Made by a program: the position numbers and the translations under genes
Part shown: in pieces, positions 9,608-19,576 of the stretch
How the letters are laid out: the number at the start of each line of letters is the position of its first letter
Numbering within the stretch: the first letter of the stretch is position 1
IMG/VR virus record: IMGVR_UViG_3300017585_000161
Location: 1-64,000 of that record
Direction: 5' to 3' (one strand)
DNA length: 64,000 nucleotides
Source of the DNA: a virus
Lineage: Duplodnaviria > Caudoviricetes
Notes under the pieces: model-generated
Seen by the model: the letters and a program-made list of their open reading frames with translations, nothing else
Databases searched by the model: none
Told to the model about the DNA's origin: nothing

Positions 9608-9878
9608 TCTTGTCCTCCTTGTTATCCTGAATATGTTTGTGTCTCTCCCTCATGCTCCGCCACCTGCCGGGCTCCACCATGAGCTTGCCCACGCTCGGCA
9701 CGCTGACATCGGGGCGCAGACTCGAAAACTCGCCGCCGCTGAGGTCCCCCTTCAGAGGAAGGGAGGCAATGTGCTCCCTCACCATCCTCCAGTACCCCCT
9801 GTACGCCCTGTCCACGGTCCTCGCCGGAAGCCCCGCTTCCTCCGACACCCGCGAGACCATCTCCCTGTAGCCTGTCAT
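9543..9878 (-). CDS. HU/IHF-like DNA-binding protein
   Basis: True start MTGYREMVSRVSEEAGL (ATGA overlap with the upstream stop); helical N-terminus then VSVPSVGKL, as in HU/IHF. Confidence 0.6.
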   Translation of the reverse strand: MTGYREMVSRVSEEAGLPARTVDRAYRGYWRMVREHIASLPLKGDLSGGEFSSLRPDVSVPSVGKLMVEPGRWRSMRERHKHIQDNKEDKNAANNRSEAHVHQHSGDGRQV

Positions 9879-10279
9879 GACGGCGGCTCCGTCCTGAACA
9901 GCACCAGCAGCTGGAAGCGGCCCGTCTTGTCGTCCGCCTTCAGGTTGGGGACCAGCCTCGGATTGATGACGTTGTTGACTATCACCCTGCTCTTCTTCAG
10001 GTTGCTCATCACCACGTAGAAGTGCTCCTGGGTCATGCCGCACTCCTCTATGACCTTGCGCTTGACGCTGTCGCTCATCACCATCGCGTCCAGTATCGCG
10101 GGGTCTGAGATGCTGCGGCTCAGCTCGAAGCGCTGCTTCAGGAAGCAGGCGATGACGTCCGTCTCCCTGTTGGTCAGGTTGATCAGGGGCCTGAGGAACA
10201 CGCACCACCAGCGGAAGAACTCGGTGTCCAGCCGGGTCTTTATCTCGACTATGTTGTTGGGCTTGCGGAGCTTGTCCAT
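9875..10279 (-). CDS. conserved crAss-like protein, probable HTH
   Basis: 134 aa; LTNRETDVIA and late helix-turn-helix-like segment. Confidence 0.7.
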   Translation of the reverse strand: MDKLRKPNNIVEIKTRLDTEFFRWWCVFLRPLINLTNRETDVIACFLKQRFELSRSISDPAILDAMVMSDSVKRKVIEECGMTQEHFYVVMSNLKKSRVIVNNVINPRLVPNLKADDKTGRFQLLVLFRTEPPS

Positions 10280-10282
10280 GGC

Positions 10283-10621
10283 TTACACCTCCCCGCCGCT
10301 TACCGCGCCTCCGCTCTCCCCGCCCCCGCCGGGAACTCCTAACGCTGACTTGATCTCGTCGGCGCAGTCCCCGACGAACTCGGCGCTGAAGCAGTCCTTG
10401 TTCTCCAGCACGAGGAACAGGCAGTCAAGCCTCTTGAAAAGGCTCGCCATGTCTCTCTCGCGCAGCCTGCCGGCCAGCTGCCTGTTCTGCTCGTAAAGCT
10501 GCATACAGTAGCCGTTCAGCTCCTCATAGGTGGCCTTCTTCCGTGTGTCCTGCGGCTGACCCTCGTCGCCCGCCCGGCTGTTCATTCCAATAACCTTAGC
10601 GGTTTTCTTCTCCTCTTCCAT
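10283..10621 (-). CDS. hypothetical coiled-coil protein
   Basis: 112-aa ORF in a tightly packed operon. Confidence 0.7.
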   Translation of the reverse strand: MEEEKKTAKVIGMNSRAGDEGQPQDTRKKATYEELNGYCMQLYEQNRQLAGRLRERDMASLFKRLDCLFLVLENKDCFSAEFVGDCADEIKSALGVPGGGGESGGAVSGGEV

Positions 10622-10639
10622 AACTCTCCTTTTTAATTG

Positions 10640-11059
10640 TCAATCACTTGCCGCCAGCCTCTCCCTCAGCTCGCCGAGCCTCTTGTCCCTGCAGGCCCTG
10701 TCGAAGAACAGCAGCGTCATTTCCGCCCTCGTCAGATAATCAGGGAAGGTCGGGTAGAAAGCCTTGATTATGCTCCTGCACCGGGGATGGCCGTAAAGCT
10801 CCTGCCTCAGCTCAGGGAGGGACATCCTGTATATGCGGCTCCTGCGGGGGTTCCCGCCACCTTCTACGAAGGGCCGCCCGTACCTCGCCTTGTACATCCT
10901 CTCCCAGTCCCCTATGCTCGCCTCGGCGCTCTCCGCGCAGCCGCAGTCCATGCAGTAGTCGGAGTCCTCAACGCCCTCTATGCTCCCTATGCGCAGGGAG
11001 TAGCAGCGGGGGCAGTACCTCACGGGCTCCAGGTCGTAGTCCTCGGCCGTGACTCTCAT
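10640..11059 (-). CDS. Zn-ribbon protein
   Basis: CPRC...CMDC Cys pairs. Confidence 0.7.
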   Translation of the reverse strand: MRVTAEDYDLEPVRYCPRCYSLRIGSIEGVEDSDYCMDCGCAESAEASIGDWERMYKARYGRPFVEGGGNPRRSRIYRMSLPELRQELYGHPRCRSIIKAFYPTFPDYLTRAEMTLLFFDRACRDKRLGELRERLAASD

Positions 11060-11220
11060 GGGCGTTCCTCCGCGCTCTTGTAGTACAGGAGGATGAAGGC
11101 CTCGTTCTCCCTCAGCACGCCCGCTATGTCCTCCCTCGCTATGCCCTCCCTGTTCGCCCTGCCTATGAGCTCCCTCAGCGTGGGGGAGTGCAGGGCCGCC
11201 AGAACTTGTGTGTTTTTCAT
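11056..11220 (-). CDS. 54-aa hypothetical protein (absent from the ORF track)
   Basis: MKNTQVLAALHSPTLRELIGRANREG...; ATGA overlap with the next gene. Confidence 0.65.
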   Translation of the reverse strand: MKNTQVLAALHSPTLRELIGRANREGIAREDIAGVLRENEAFILLYYKSAEERP

Positions 11221-11227
11221 GGCCTTG

Positions 11228-11446
11228 TCATTTTCTTTTGGACGCCGCCCTGCTCGCTGTCTTGACCCCGGCCGCCTTGTTCATGGCGAGGGCTCTCCTG
11301 TTAAGGTCCGAGGCCTGCCGCCTGGCCGCCTTGACGGCCCTGCCCATCCTGTCCCTGTCACTAAGTATCTCCTGATACCTCGCCATCGTGCGGGCGTCCT
11401 CCTCGGCCTGCCACTGGCGCTCCTGGTCGCTGACTTTTGAAACCAT
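11228..11446 (-). CDS. 72-aa basic hypothetical protein
   Basis: ORF preceded by a TAACTTTG box at 11487-11494. Confidence 0.7.
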   Translation of the reverse strand: MVSKVSDQERQWQAEEDARTMARYQEILSDRDRMGRAVKAARRQASDLNRRALAMNKAAGVKTASRAASKRK

Positions 11447-11570
11447 AGGCTGTGTGTTTTTCCTGTTATCCTTGTGAATACAGCCGCAAAGTTAAGAAAT
11501 TCCCGCAAAACGGCAAAGGGCGGAAGGGAAGAAAATGAAATATTTAATATTGCTTAACTGTCTGGAAGCT

Positions 11571-11604
11571 AAAAAGAAAGGAAAGACTGTTAAGCCTTTC
11601 CTTT
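11571..11604 (-). terminator. intrinsic terminator after the portal gene
   Basis: AAAGGAAAG/CTTTCCTTT stem with a U-tract on the minus strand. Confidence 0.6.
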
Positions 11605-11624
11605 AACATGCTCTTCATGCCGTG

Positions 11625-13941
11625 TCATTTTCCCTGGCCTGCGCCCGCCTGCCTCCTCTTCAGAGCCATGTCATCGCGGTGCTTGGCCTTCTCGAAGTCC
11701 TGCTTCTCCCGCTCCTGTTTCATCTTGGCGTCGAACTGACGTATCTTCTCGTCAAGCTCCTTCTCCTGGAGGCGGTACCGCTGGTCTGCGGTGACGCTGT
11801 TGTCATCCTGCATCATAGCAAACCTCTTCTCCTCCGCCTGGCTGTTGACCTGCGCCACAAGGAGCTTGGTCTCGTTGTCCTCCTGGTGCATCAGGTAGTC
11901 CGTCTGCATCTTCTGACTCTCCGTCTGGGCCTGCTGCTCCAACTGCTGCATCTGCATCTGTTGCTGCGAGAAGCTGGTTCTGCAGGGCAGCCTGCGCCAG
12001 GGTGTCAAGCTTCTGGTTGAGCTCCTGCACGCCGTTGCTGTTGTCAACCGCAAGGCCATAGTCGCACTCGGCGAACTCATCGCCGTCAATGTCGGCCAGC
12101 CTCTCAGAGCCGTCCGAGAGAATGTAGCTGAACTTCTTGCTCTTGCCCTTCATGGCTATCTTGCAGGTTTCAAGCAGGCATTCCAGCACCCTTTTCTTCA
12201 CGGACTCATGGGTGAAGAACAGCCACTCAGTGATATGGGATGACTGCAGGGTGGCTCTCTCCACGCCTCCCACCGTCTCCCTGTTGCTTATCTGCCCCTC
12301 GCGCTGCTTAGAGATGCCCGCCACGCCGCCCATGTGGGAGTCTATCACCTCTAACAAAGACAGATACTGCTGTATCTCGTTGCCCAGCCCCGCGTCTATC
12401 ACGCCGGTGGAGGCGTTGTTCAGCCCTCCGGCCAGCTTGCCTGTGGCCGCTCCTATGTTGCCCTCCTTGAAGCTGTCCTCCACGGCTATGTTGTTGACCA
12501 TGGCGTAGTACATCCACTTGTCCATCTTCCAGCCCTTCGGCACTTTGGCGAGGTCAAGGCGCATGATCTTGCCCCAGTTCTTCGCCAATAGCTTGTTGAG
12601 CCTGTCATGGATGATGTCATACAGGTAATTGTAGGGCTTCATCATGTCAACCATGCTGAAAGGCTCCTTGCCGTTGACGCTGTATATTGAGCCTATGATG
12701 CCAAAGTGGCACCTTGAGGGGTTGCTCAGCCTGTTGTACTGCACGGGCCTCGGCCTCATGCTCACGTATATGTCCGAGCCTATCTTGACTCCCTCCCACG
12801 CCTCGTTTATCCAGAAGGACTGCTCCTCTTCTCCTGCGTCATAGTCCGTAACGTATGTCTCAGGATAAAAGCTGAAACGCTCCTCGCCCGTCTCAGGGTC
12901 GTAGCTCTTCACCTTCTTTATCTTCCTCCTGGACTTCCAATAGACTTTCAGCACCCTTATGTTGCCCGCCATGTCGTAAGGCGAGAGCGACAGGTCGGTC
13001 TCGGCGTCGAACAGTGTCATGGGGTCGAAGGGGAAGCCTCCGTTGGCGGCGGCCTCGTCCCCCAACATGACCCCGTGCACAAAGCCGCGCCTGGGGTCTA
13101 TGTTGTCCATCGAGTCGTAAAGGCCCGCGCCCTCCTGGTCAGGAGCTTTCTCGATGTACTCCATGTCCTTCTTCGACAGGCAGTCCCAGTAGGTGTCTAT
13201 GACGCGGCCAGGTGACCAGTAGTCCTCTATGACTACCATGTCAGCGTCCTCGACCTTGTTGGAGCAGCCAGACCTCAGTATCCGCACCTTCATGGGGTCG
13301 AGCTTCTCTATGACCGGCTCCCCGCCCACAATGTCGCACTGGTAAAGCTCCTCCCCGACGGTCATCGCGTCAAGGAAGCCCTGGTTGAACAGCTGGGACA
13401 CCTCCAGCTCCTTCATGTAGTGGTTGAGGAGCTGGTTCGCCCTTACCTCCCTCATGTCCTGCCACTCATACGTGAAGTAGTCCTGCAGCTTCTCCATCTC
13501 CTGATTGAACTGCTCCTCCGTCTGGGAAGTGTCCGCCACCGCCTGCTGGAGCTTCTCTATAAACTCCCGCCTCTTGCTCTCCTCTATTTCCGATACGGCG
13601 TTAGGATTGGTGACCGTCACCCTGAAGTCGAACACCCTCTTGCTCTCCTCTCCCCTCAGCACCTGCAGCTTCGAGTTCAGCACGGGATAGTGCTGTATCC
13701 CGTCAGGAATGAACTGGGTCTCCAGGTTGTAGGGGTTTACCAAGGCCTTCAGGTCGTCCATGTGCAGCCTGCCGTTGAGCAGGTCATAGTTTATCTTCAT
13801 GCCGAGCACCGACTTCCTCGTGAGGGAGCAGCGCAGAAAGCTCTTGTCGTCCGCGAAGTCTATGTTCCTCTTCCTCCATGCCTTGTTCTTCCTGCTGAAG
13901 GGCAGCTGCTGGGGAGGGAACCCTGTGTTTACGCTTGCCAT
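11625..13941 (-). pseudogene. crAss-like portal protein, frameshifted near 11968
   Basis: Residues 1-658 (from 13941) are portal-like (FPPQQLPF, HYPVLNSKL, ETVGGVERA). The Gln-rich coiled-coil tail (113 aa, 11625-11966) is in another frame. Confidence 0.8.
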
Positions 13942-14294
13942 ATAAAAGTCATTGTTTTACGGCGCGAATGTACTGAAAAAGGAGGCCCGCGCAAAGCTCC
14001 TGACAAAAACGCTTGGCTTCCCTTAGCGAAAGGCTAAGGGATTCTTGCTCACTTGATAATCTCCACGAACCTTGACACGCTGCTTCCCATCGCAGCCCCC
14101 AAGACCACGACAATGGGCGGATTGTCAAAAACCATTTTGTTGAAGCCGCCGAAAAGGTTTAACTTCGCTCTTTGACTTTGCGGGACTGCAACGCCTTTAA
14201 ACCTATCATTTCTGGTGGGTTTAAAAATAAAAGTGGCAAAATTCGACCACTTTCAAGAAAAAGGCGTATCTTTGCAGCGTAAAAGTTATAAGGT

Positions 14295-15344
14295 ATGGAA
14301 AACAATATCGAAAAGGCAAACTTCCTCTTCTACAAGTCAGAGGATGGAAGTGTCAGTGTGCAAGTTGTTCTTGACAAGGAGAATGATACAATTTGGGCTA
14401 CCCAAGAAAGTATAGCCAATTTGTTCGATAAAGGCCGAAGTACAGTAACAGAACATCTGCGTAACATATTCCAAACAGGCGAACTTGAAGAAAATTCAGC
14501 ATGTCGGAAATACCGACGAACTGCAAACGATGGGAAGGCTTACGAAACGAAGTTCTATAACCTTGATGCCATTATCGCCGTCGGCTACCGCGTCAACAGC
14601 TACAAGGCGACGCAATTCCGCATTTGGGCGACAAAGGTGCTGAGGGAATACCTTGTAAAAGGTTTCGCCCTTGATGACGAAAGATTGAAGAAAGGCGGCA
14701 ACATATTCGGCAAGGACACCTTCGCAGAACTATTGGAGCGCATTCGAGAGATACGCGCCTCCGAAAGAATGTTCTACGACAAGATAACCGATATATTTCG
14801 TGATTGTAGCCTCGACTACGACCCCAAATCGCCTATAAGCCAAAAATTCTATGCCGCTATGCAAAACAAATTTCATTTCGCCATCCACCAACATACAGCC
14901 TCTGAAATAATAAAGGAAAGGGCGGATGCGACCAAGCCATATATGGGGCTGACAAGTTGGAAAGGGCAGAAAGACGGCGGCAAGATTTACATATACGATG
15001 TGAAGATTGCAAAGAACTATCTTTCAGAGGATGAGATTAAAGGGCTTAACCGCCTCGTGAATATGTTTCTTGACTACGCCGAACACCAAGCGGAGAAAGG
15101 TAAGGGGACGTACAACATGGCTGATTGGGCAAAGAAACTTGACATGTTCCTTAACTTTAACGACTATCCAATCTTGACGGACAAGGGGAAAGTGCAGGCG
15201 GAGGTCGCAAAACGCTTTGCTGAAACTGAGTACAGCAAATATCGCATAGTTCAAGACAGAAAATACAAGTCCGACTTTAACCGTCTTGTGGATGAAACAA
15301 AGAAACGCAGGCGGAAAGGCGACAAGGGCAACACTCCGACATAG
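14295..15344 (+). CDS. rhuM: RhuM-family protein
   Basis: IWATQESIANLF, FYNLDAIIAVGYRVNS, ATQFRIWAT, IREIRASERMFY motifs; TATCTTTG at 14267-14274. Confidence 0.9.
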   Translation: MENNIEKANFLFYKSEDGSVSVQVVLDKENDTIWATQESIANLFDKGRSTVTEHLRNIFQTGELEENSACRKYRRTANDGKAYETKFYNLDAIIAVGYRVNSYKATQFRIWATKVLREYLVKGFALDDERLKKGGNIFGKDTFAELLERIREIRASERMFYDKITDIFRDCSLDYDPKSPISQKFYAAMQNKFHFAIHQHTASEIIKERADATKPYMGLTSWKGQKDGGKIYIYDVKIAKNYLSEDEIKGLNRLVNMFLDYAEHQAEKGKGTYNMADWAKKLDMFLNFNDYPILTDKGKVQAEVAKRFAETEYSKYRIVQDRKYKSDFNRLVDETKKRRRKGDKGNTPT

Positions 15345-15375
15345 CTTATAACTTTTACACAACGTTTGGAGTATA

Positions 15376-15411
15376 GGCGGCAGTCCCACAATCCATGGGG
15401 CTGCCGCCTTT
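15376..15411 (+). terminator. intrinsic terminator after rhuM
   Basis: GGCGGCAGTCCCA/TGGGGCTGCCGCC stem followed by TTT. Confidence 0.65.
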
Positions 15412-15490
15412 AAATGATACTAAATATAATTAAACACAGACGAGTTTAACGGAATATGCCGTATCTTTGTACCGAATTACAAAGCACGTT

Positions 15491-16006
15491 ATGAAAGACA
15501 ACGCTCTATCAGTAGCCAATTACTTTATTGAATTGGCACAAGATGATAAAAAAGAAATACGCCCACTGAAATTAATGAAGTTGGTGTATATAGCTTATGG
15601 TTATGCGTTGGCTTTGTTGGGGCGTTCTATAATTAATCCTCGTTTCGACAAAGTGGAAGCGTGGAAGTTCGGCCCTGTAATTCCATCTGTTTACCACTCA
15701 TTCAAGATTTATGGCAATGAGAATATAAAGCAGAAAACCGTGATGTTCCAAGAGGACACTTCGGGAAAAATCTCGGTGGTAACGCCAGAACTTCAAGACG
15801 AAGAAGCAAAAATGGTTTGTAAGTTTGTCTGGGTGAAGTATGGGACGAAATACACCGACAGCGAGCTTGTTACTATAATGCACGGAGCAGGGACACCATG
15901 GGGAAAGGTGTATGTGGAGGGAATGAACAATCCTATCCCTGAACTTTACACTGAAGTCTATTATAAGGAACTCGTAAGGAGACTAAGATTGAAGCACAAT
16001 GTGTAA
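15491..16006 (+). CDS. Panacea (DUF4065/SocA-like) antitoxin-domain protein
   Basis: ALSVANYFI, LKLMKLVYIAYG, VEAWKFGPVIPSVY motifs; TATCTTTG at 15462-15469. Confidence 0.85.
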   Translation: MKDNALSVANYFIELAQDDKKEIRPLKLMKLVYIAYGYALALLGRSIINPRFDKVEAWKFGPVIPSVYHSFKIYGNENIKQKTVMFQEDTSGKISVVTPELQDEEAKMVCKFVWVKYGTKYTDSELVTIMHGAGTPWGKVYVEGMNNPIPELYTEVYYKELVRRLRLKHNV

Positions 16007-16216
16007 GTCCGAGACACTCCTTTCATTGACCTCTGTGATACGATAATTAAAGCCGGTGAAATCAGAACTAAAAAAGTGCATATCTCTTATTTTCCCTCCA
16101 CCTGACGAGATGATGACGGTTGGCGCAAAAGATATATTTTCTTAATTTATTTTGTTTATTCGTTTAATTTGCTATACCTTTGCAACGAAAAAGAAAACCA
16201 ATACGTATCATTTTTT

Positions 16217-16387
16217 ATGGGCAGGCTTCTTGACAGCTTAAAAAACTATTTCGAGAATACTCCAACGGATGTTCTTGAAAGGGATTGGCGTGAATTGGCA
16301 CATCTTAATGATTTTGGCGAGGATGTGCTATCTTATGCCGAAGCCTTTGATTATTCCTTTTTCGATACAAGAGAAGCATTGCCTTAA
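16217..16387 (+). CDS. 56-aa acidic hypothetical protein
   Basis: MGRLLDSLKNYFENTP...; own TACCTTTG box at 16175-16182. Confidence 0.6.
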   Translation: MGRLLDSLKNYFENTPTDVLERDWRELAHLNDFGEDVLSYAEAFDYSFFDTREALP

Positions 16388-16410
16388 TTATGGATTAACA
16401 ATATAGCGTT

Positions 16411-16812
16411 TTACCGCTTTCTCGCACGCCAGACGAAGAGCCACAGCCCGCCAGCCAAGAGCGCAACGAGCGTAATCACGCGGCACGCCTTGTCGTACCA
16501 CCGCGTGCGGTACTTATACTCCGTAACTTTCTTCTCAACGACGCAAAGCACGCTGTCCCTTTTCACCACGGCTACGGTGTCAACGCGCAGGCGGTCTTTG
16601 TACAGGCAGGTCGTCCTTACCTTGTCGCGGTAAACGGTGTCGCCCTTGACGTACTGGCTCACGAACACGCTGTCACGCAGAGTTACGCTGTCCCTGACAT
16701 ACGCCGTACATACGCTGTCCCTGTAGTGCCATTCGGGGACGGCGACATATTTGGTCCTGCAGCCTGACAGCAAGCCGCCTGTCAACAACAATATGAATAA
16801 TGCTTTTCTCAT
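16411..16812 (-). CDS. lipoprotein, probable spanin-like lysis accessory
   Basis: Lipobox LLSG/C, DSV repeats, C-terminal TM helix; next to lysis genes. Confidence 0.65.
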   Translation of the reverse strand: MRKALFILLLTGGLLSGCRTKYVAVPEWHYRDSVCTAYVRDSVTLRDSVFVSQYVKGDTVYRDKVRTTCLYKDRLRVDTVAVVKRDSVLCVVEKKVTEYKYRTRWYDKACRVITLVALLAGGLWLFVWRARKR

Positions 16813-16878
16813 GCCGATGCGAAGTTTTAAAGTGTCGCGCCGTCCTTACGGACAATTCCTTAAAAACGCTGTGGAAGA

Positions 16879-17214
16879 CTAAGACGCGGGCTTTTCACTG
16901 CCCTTACCGCCACTGTCTTCCTTGTCCCCGGCGCCGCTTTTCCTCTTGGAGCGGGACCCGCCTTTCCTCTCGTACTTCTCGCTCCACGCCTTGGTGATTC
17001 CCGCAGTGGCGAACAGCCCCGCCACAGCGCCTATGTAAGCGGCCATGCCGTTAAGGTCCGTCCTGATGGTGTGGTTGAAGACTATCTCCACAATCAGGAC
17101 GGCGGCAGGGATTATGAGCAGCAGCAGGCCTATGGCGGTGACAGACACAAGAAAGAAGTTCTTGGAGCTCACTCCCGTGTTGTTCCTTATGACATTGCCC
17201 AGAAACTTCCACAT
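16879..17214 (-). CDS. holin-like membrane protein
   Basis: Two TM helices and a charged C-terminus. Confidence 0.55.
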   Translation of the reverse strand: MWKFLGNVIRNNTGVSSKNFFLVSVTAIGLLLLIIPAAVLIVEIVFNHTIRTDLNGMAAYIGAVAGLFATAGITKAWSEKYERKGGSRSKRKSGAGDKEDSGGKGSEKPAS

Positions 17215-17252
17215 AGGACATTTGAACTAATGAGCAACTCTGCCTCCGCGCG

Positions 17253-17696
17253 TCAGCAATATACAGAATAGGTGCTTGACCAGAAGCCTGGGTAAGGCTC
17301 TTTCAGGAAAGTGTTTGGCTGTCTGTTTGCAATTTCCTCTCTTATCCTGTCGATAATCTTGTTCATTCGGTCTAAGACATCCTTCATTTCCTTGTCAAGC
17401 TCACTCGTCTCGTCAGTCTTGTCAGGGTTCTCAGGCTTCCCTTTCTTCTCAGCTTTGGATTCCTGATTTTCCTTCTGGGGCTTCTCCTTCTTGCCCTTGA
17501 GGTCAGCTATCCTCATGTCCAGCGTCCTGAGGTAAAGGCGCATGGCGCTCTCCTGGTCAGCCAGCAGAGCCATCTGCGTCTCTCCGACCGTCTCCTCAAA
17601 ACTCTCGCTGTTCAGCGCCTGTATGAGCCTGCCCAGCTTCTCCGCGAGGTCATTCCGCTCTTTCTCCAGTCTCTCGACAATGCTTTCTTTTTTCAT
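17253..17696 (-). CDS. crAss001_48-like helical domain protein
   Basis: ERLEKERNDLAEKLGRL...LLADQESAMRLYLRTLDMRI pattern; TACCTTTG at 17745-17752. Confidence 0.6.
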   Translation of the reverse strand: MKKESIVERLEKERNDLAEKLGRLIQALNSESFEETVGETQMALLADQESAMRLYLRTLDMRIADLKGKKEKPQKENQESKAEKKGKPENPDKTDETSELDKEMKDVLDRMNKIIDRIREEIANRQPNTFLKEPYPGFWSSTYSVYC

Positions 17697-17937
17697 GGTA
17701 CCTGTAAGTTATGTAAGTTAATATGTTATCCTAAAAATCTGTGGCAAAGGTATATATAATATTTCATTGAGCAAACACTTTAACTGGAACAGTTGCGATT
17801 TTATCACTTCTTAACAGTCCTGGGCCGCACCTAAACCGCTTCCTTAGAATGGGAAAGCGGAACTGTTATGCCGAAGGGCGTTACATGGAAAACATGTACT
17901 TTTGCGGCACAGAACATGCAAACATAAACAACAACAC

Positions 17938-18306
17938 ATGAGCACAGAGATAATCATAGCTTTAATTGGCATTCTCGCCACAGGGGTGTCCAGTTTCCTC
18001 ACATGGCTTTTCGCGAGGAAAAAGTACAACGCGGAAGTGGACTCCCAAGTTATACAAAACATGAACAACCTGCTTGACTTCTACATAAAGTTGTGCGATG
18101 ACACAAACCGCAGGGTTTTGGAGATTCAGAGGGAGAACGACTCCCTCAGGGAGAAAGTTGAGAAAATCGAGACCAGACTTGTGAGGCTGCAGGGTAAGGC
18201 CTGCTACAGGGAGCGTTGCCAAGACAGAGTGTTTGATGACAGGCAGCCCAATAAAACAGCAAAGAAGAATGCGGCTAAAAGTATTGAGAAAGTGGAAAAA
18301 GAGTGA
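17938..18306 (+). CDS. holin-like protein (N-terminal TM plus coiled coil)
   Basis: MSTEIIIALIGILATGVSSFLTWLFARKK; overlaps the endolysin start; TACTTTTG at 17897-17904. Confidence 0.6.
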   Translation: MSTEIIIALIGILATGVSSFLTWLFARKKYNAEVDSQVIQNMNNLLDFYIKLCDDTNRRVLEIQRENDSLREKVEKIETRLVRLQGKACYRERCQDRVFDDRQPNKTAKKNAAKSIEKVEKE

Positions 18307-18742
18307 GTACACCATAGGCCGGATGTACATTGACGGGCAGCTTTTCTGCAACACCCTTGAGGACAAGGACAGGGGGCTGTCGGACAGCATGTCCGTTGAG
18401 GAGATAAAGAAGCTGAAGGTGTACGGCAAGACCGCCGTCCCGACGGGGACATACACGGTGACGGTCAATGTCGTAAGCCCCAAGTTCAGCAAGAAGCAGT
18501 TTTACAGGGAAGTCTGCAAGGGCAGGGTCCCCAGGCTGCTCAATGTGAAAGGATATGACGGGATACTCATCCATGTTGGGGACGGCGCCAACGGGCAGTA
18601 CAACACGGCAGGATGCGTCCTTGTAGGGAAAAACACCATAGCGGGGGGCCTCACGCAGGGCAAGGAGACTTTCAAGGCCCTGTACTCCAAACTTTCCGAG
18701 GCTAACAGCAGGGGTGAGAAGATTACTATTACGATAGAATGA
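18269..18742 (+). CDS. DUF5675-family putative endolysin
   Basis: YTIGRMYIDG.LFCNTLED, TAVPTGTY, GILIHVG...TAGCVLVG motifs. Confidence 0.8.
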   Translation: MRLKVLRKWKKSEYTIGRMYIDGQLFCNTLEDKDRGLSDSMSVEEIKKLKVYGKTAVPTGTYTVTVNVVSPKFSKKQFYREVCKGRVPRLLNVKGYDGILIHVGDGANGQYNTAGCVLVGKNTIAGGLTQGKETFKALYSKLSEANSRGEKITITIE

Positions 18743-18768
18743 CGCTTTTAAATTAAAGGTTAAACTGG

Positions 18769-18800
18769 AAAAGGGGAAGCTGTGAAGCCTCCCCTTTTTT
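18769..18800. terminator. bidirectional terminator between convergent genes
   Basis: AAAAGGGGA/TCCCCTTTT stem flanked by A and T runs. Confidence 0.6.
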
Positions 18801-18829
18801 ATTCGCTTTTCATTCGCGCCGTGCGCCTG

Positions 18830-19249
18830 TCACGCAAAGTCGCTCCACGGCACAGGCTGGCCGTCGCCCACCATTGTGGCGACCCACCTCCTGAACGTGG
18901 TTTCGTCAGAGGCGTCTATGTCGTCAATGGTGTCTTTCACGTACAGAGCGAGGTGCTTCTCGTCAGGCACTGACGACCCGAAGTAGTCCGCCAGTCCCAT
19001 GTGATACACGAAAGCCCCGTCATAAAGGGTGTCGTTCTCAAGCTCCACGCCATGTCTCTTCAGGATGTCCGTGACCTGCTCCTTCGTGTGGACCTGCACC
19101 TTGACAGCTTTTCCCGCGCTGTCTCTTTTCCTCATCAGGGACACCGCGTGCTCGAAGGCCTCCTTGCTGAAGTGCCACCCGTAGTTCGAGATGTACCTCC
19201 TCATGGCGGAGGGCATGTCGTCATATATGTCTAACGCTGTCCTTCTCAT
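18830..19249 (-). CDS. conserved Bacteroidales phage protein
   Basis: MRRTALDIYDDMPSAMRRYISNYGWHF...; start moved to ATG 19249. Confidence 0.75.
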   Translation of the reverse strand: MRRTALDIYDDMPSAMRRYISNYGWHFSKEAFEHAVSLMRKRDSAGKAVKVQVHTKEQVTDILKRHGVELENDTLYDGAFVYHMGLADYFGSSVPDEKHLALYVKDTIDDIDASDETTFRRWVATMVGDGQPVPWSDFA

Positions 19250-19253
19250 GCCC

Positions 19254-19487
19254 TTAATACCTTGAGTACCTGCCTGAGCCCCTGTAGGCCCTGTCCTCGT
19301 CATAGTCCCTGTAGGAGTCCCTGTAGTGGCGGTGTCCGTGGTGTCTTGCGGAAGCGTTCTCCTCCGAGTCTTCCTCGTCCTCCAGCTCCGAGACGCAGCG
19401 CATGGCCTTGCCTATATGCGATAGAGCCTTCTCAATGTGCTCCGAGAGCCCTGAGAGCCTGTCCTCTGTTATCTCTGTCATGTACAT
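19254..19487 (-). CDS. conserved Bacteroidales phage protein
   Basis: MYMTEITEDRL...RGSGRYSRY; low-complexity R/D/Y C-terminus. Confidence 0.7.
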   Translation of the reverse strand: MYMTEITEDRLSGLSEHIEKALSHIGKAMRCVSELEDEEDSEENASARHHGHRHYRDSYRDYDEDRAYRGSGRYSRY

Positions 19488-19513
19488 TTCAATTCCCTTT
19501 CTTTGCTTGTTGT

Positions 19514-19576
19514 TCACTTGTTTCCCAGCGCCTGCGTGAGCATCTGCTTCATGTCCCCTATGGAGGTCTCGATGCC
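19514..19576 (-). pseudogene. 20-codon C-terminal remnant of a lost upstream gene
   Basis: GIETSIGDMKQMLTQALGNK*, with an in-frame TGA immediately 5'; GC-rich coding texture ends abruptly at about 19580. Confidence 0.4.

Noticed and set aside
13941-14300. Terminase and major capsid genes missing beside the portal, taken as evidence of deletion
   Set aside because: Gene order varies among crAss-like groups and the window covers only part of the genome; they may lie outside it.
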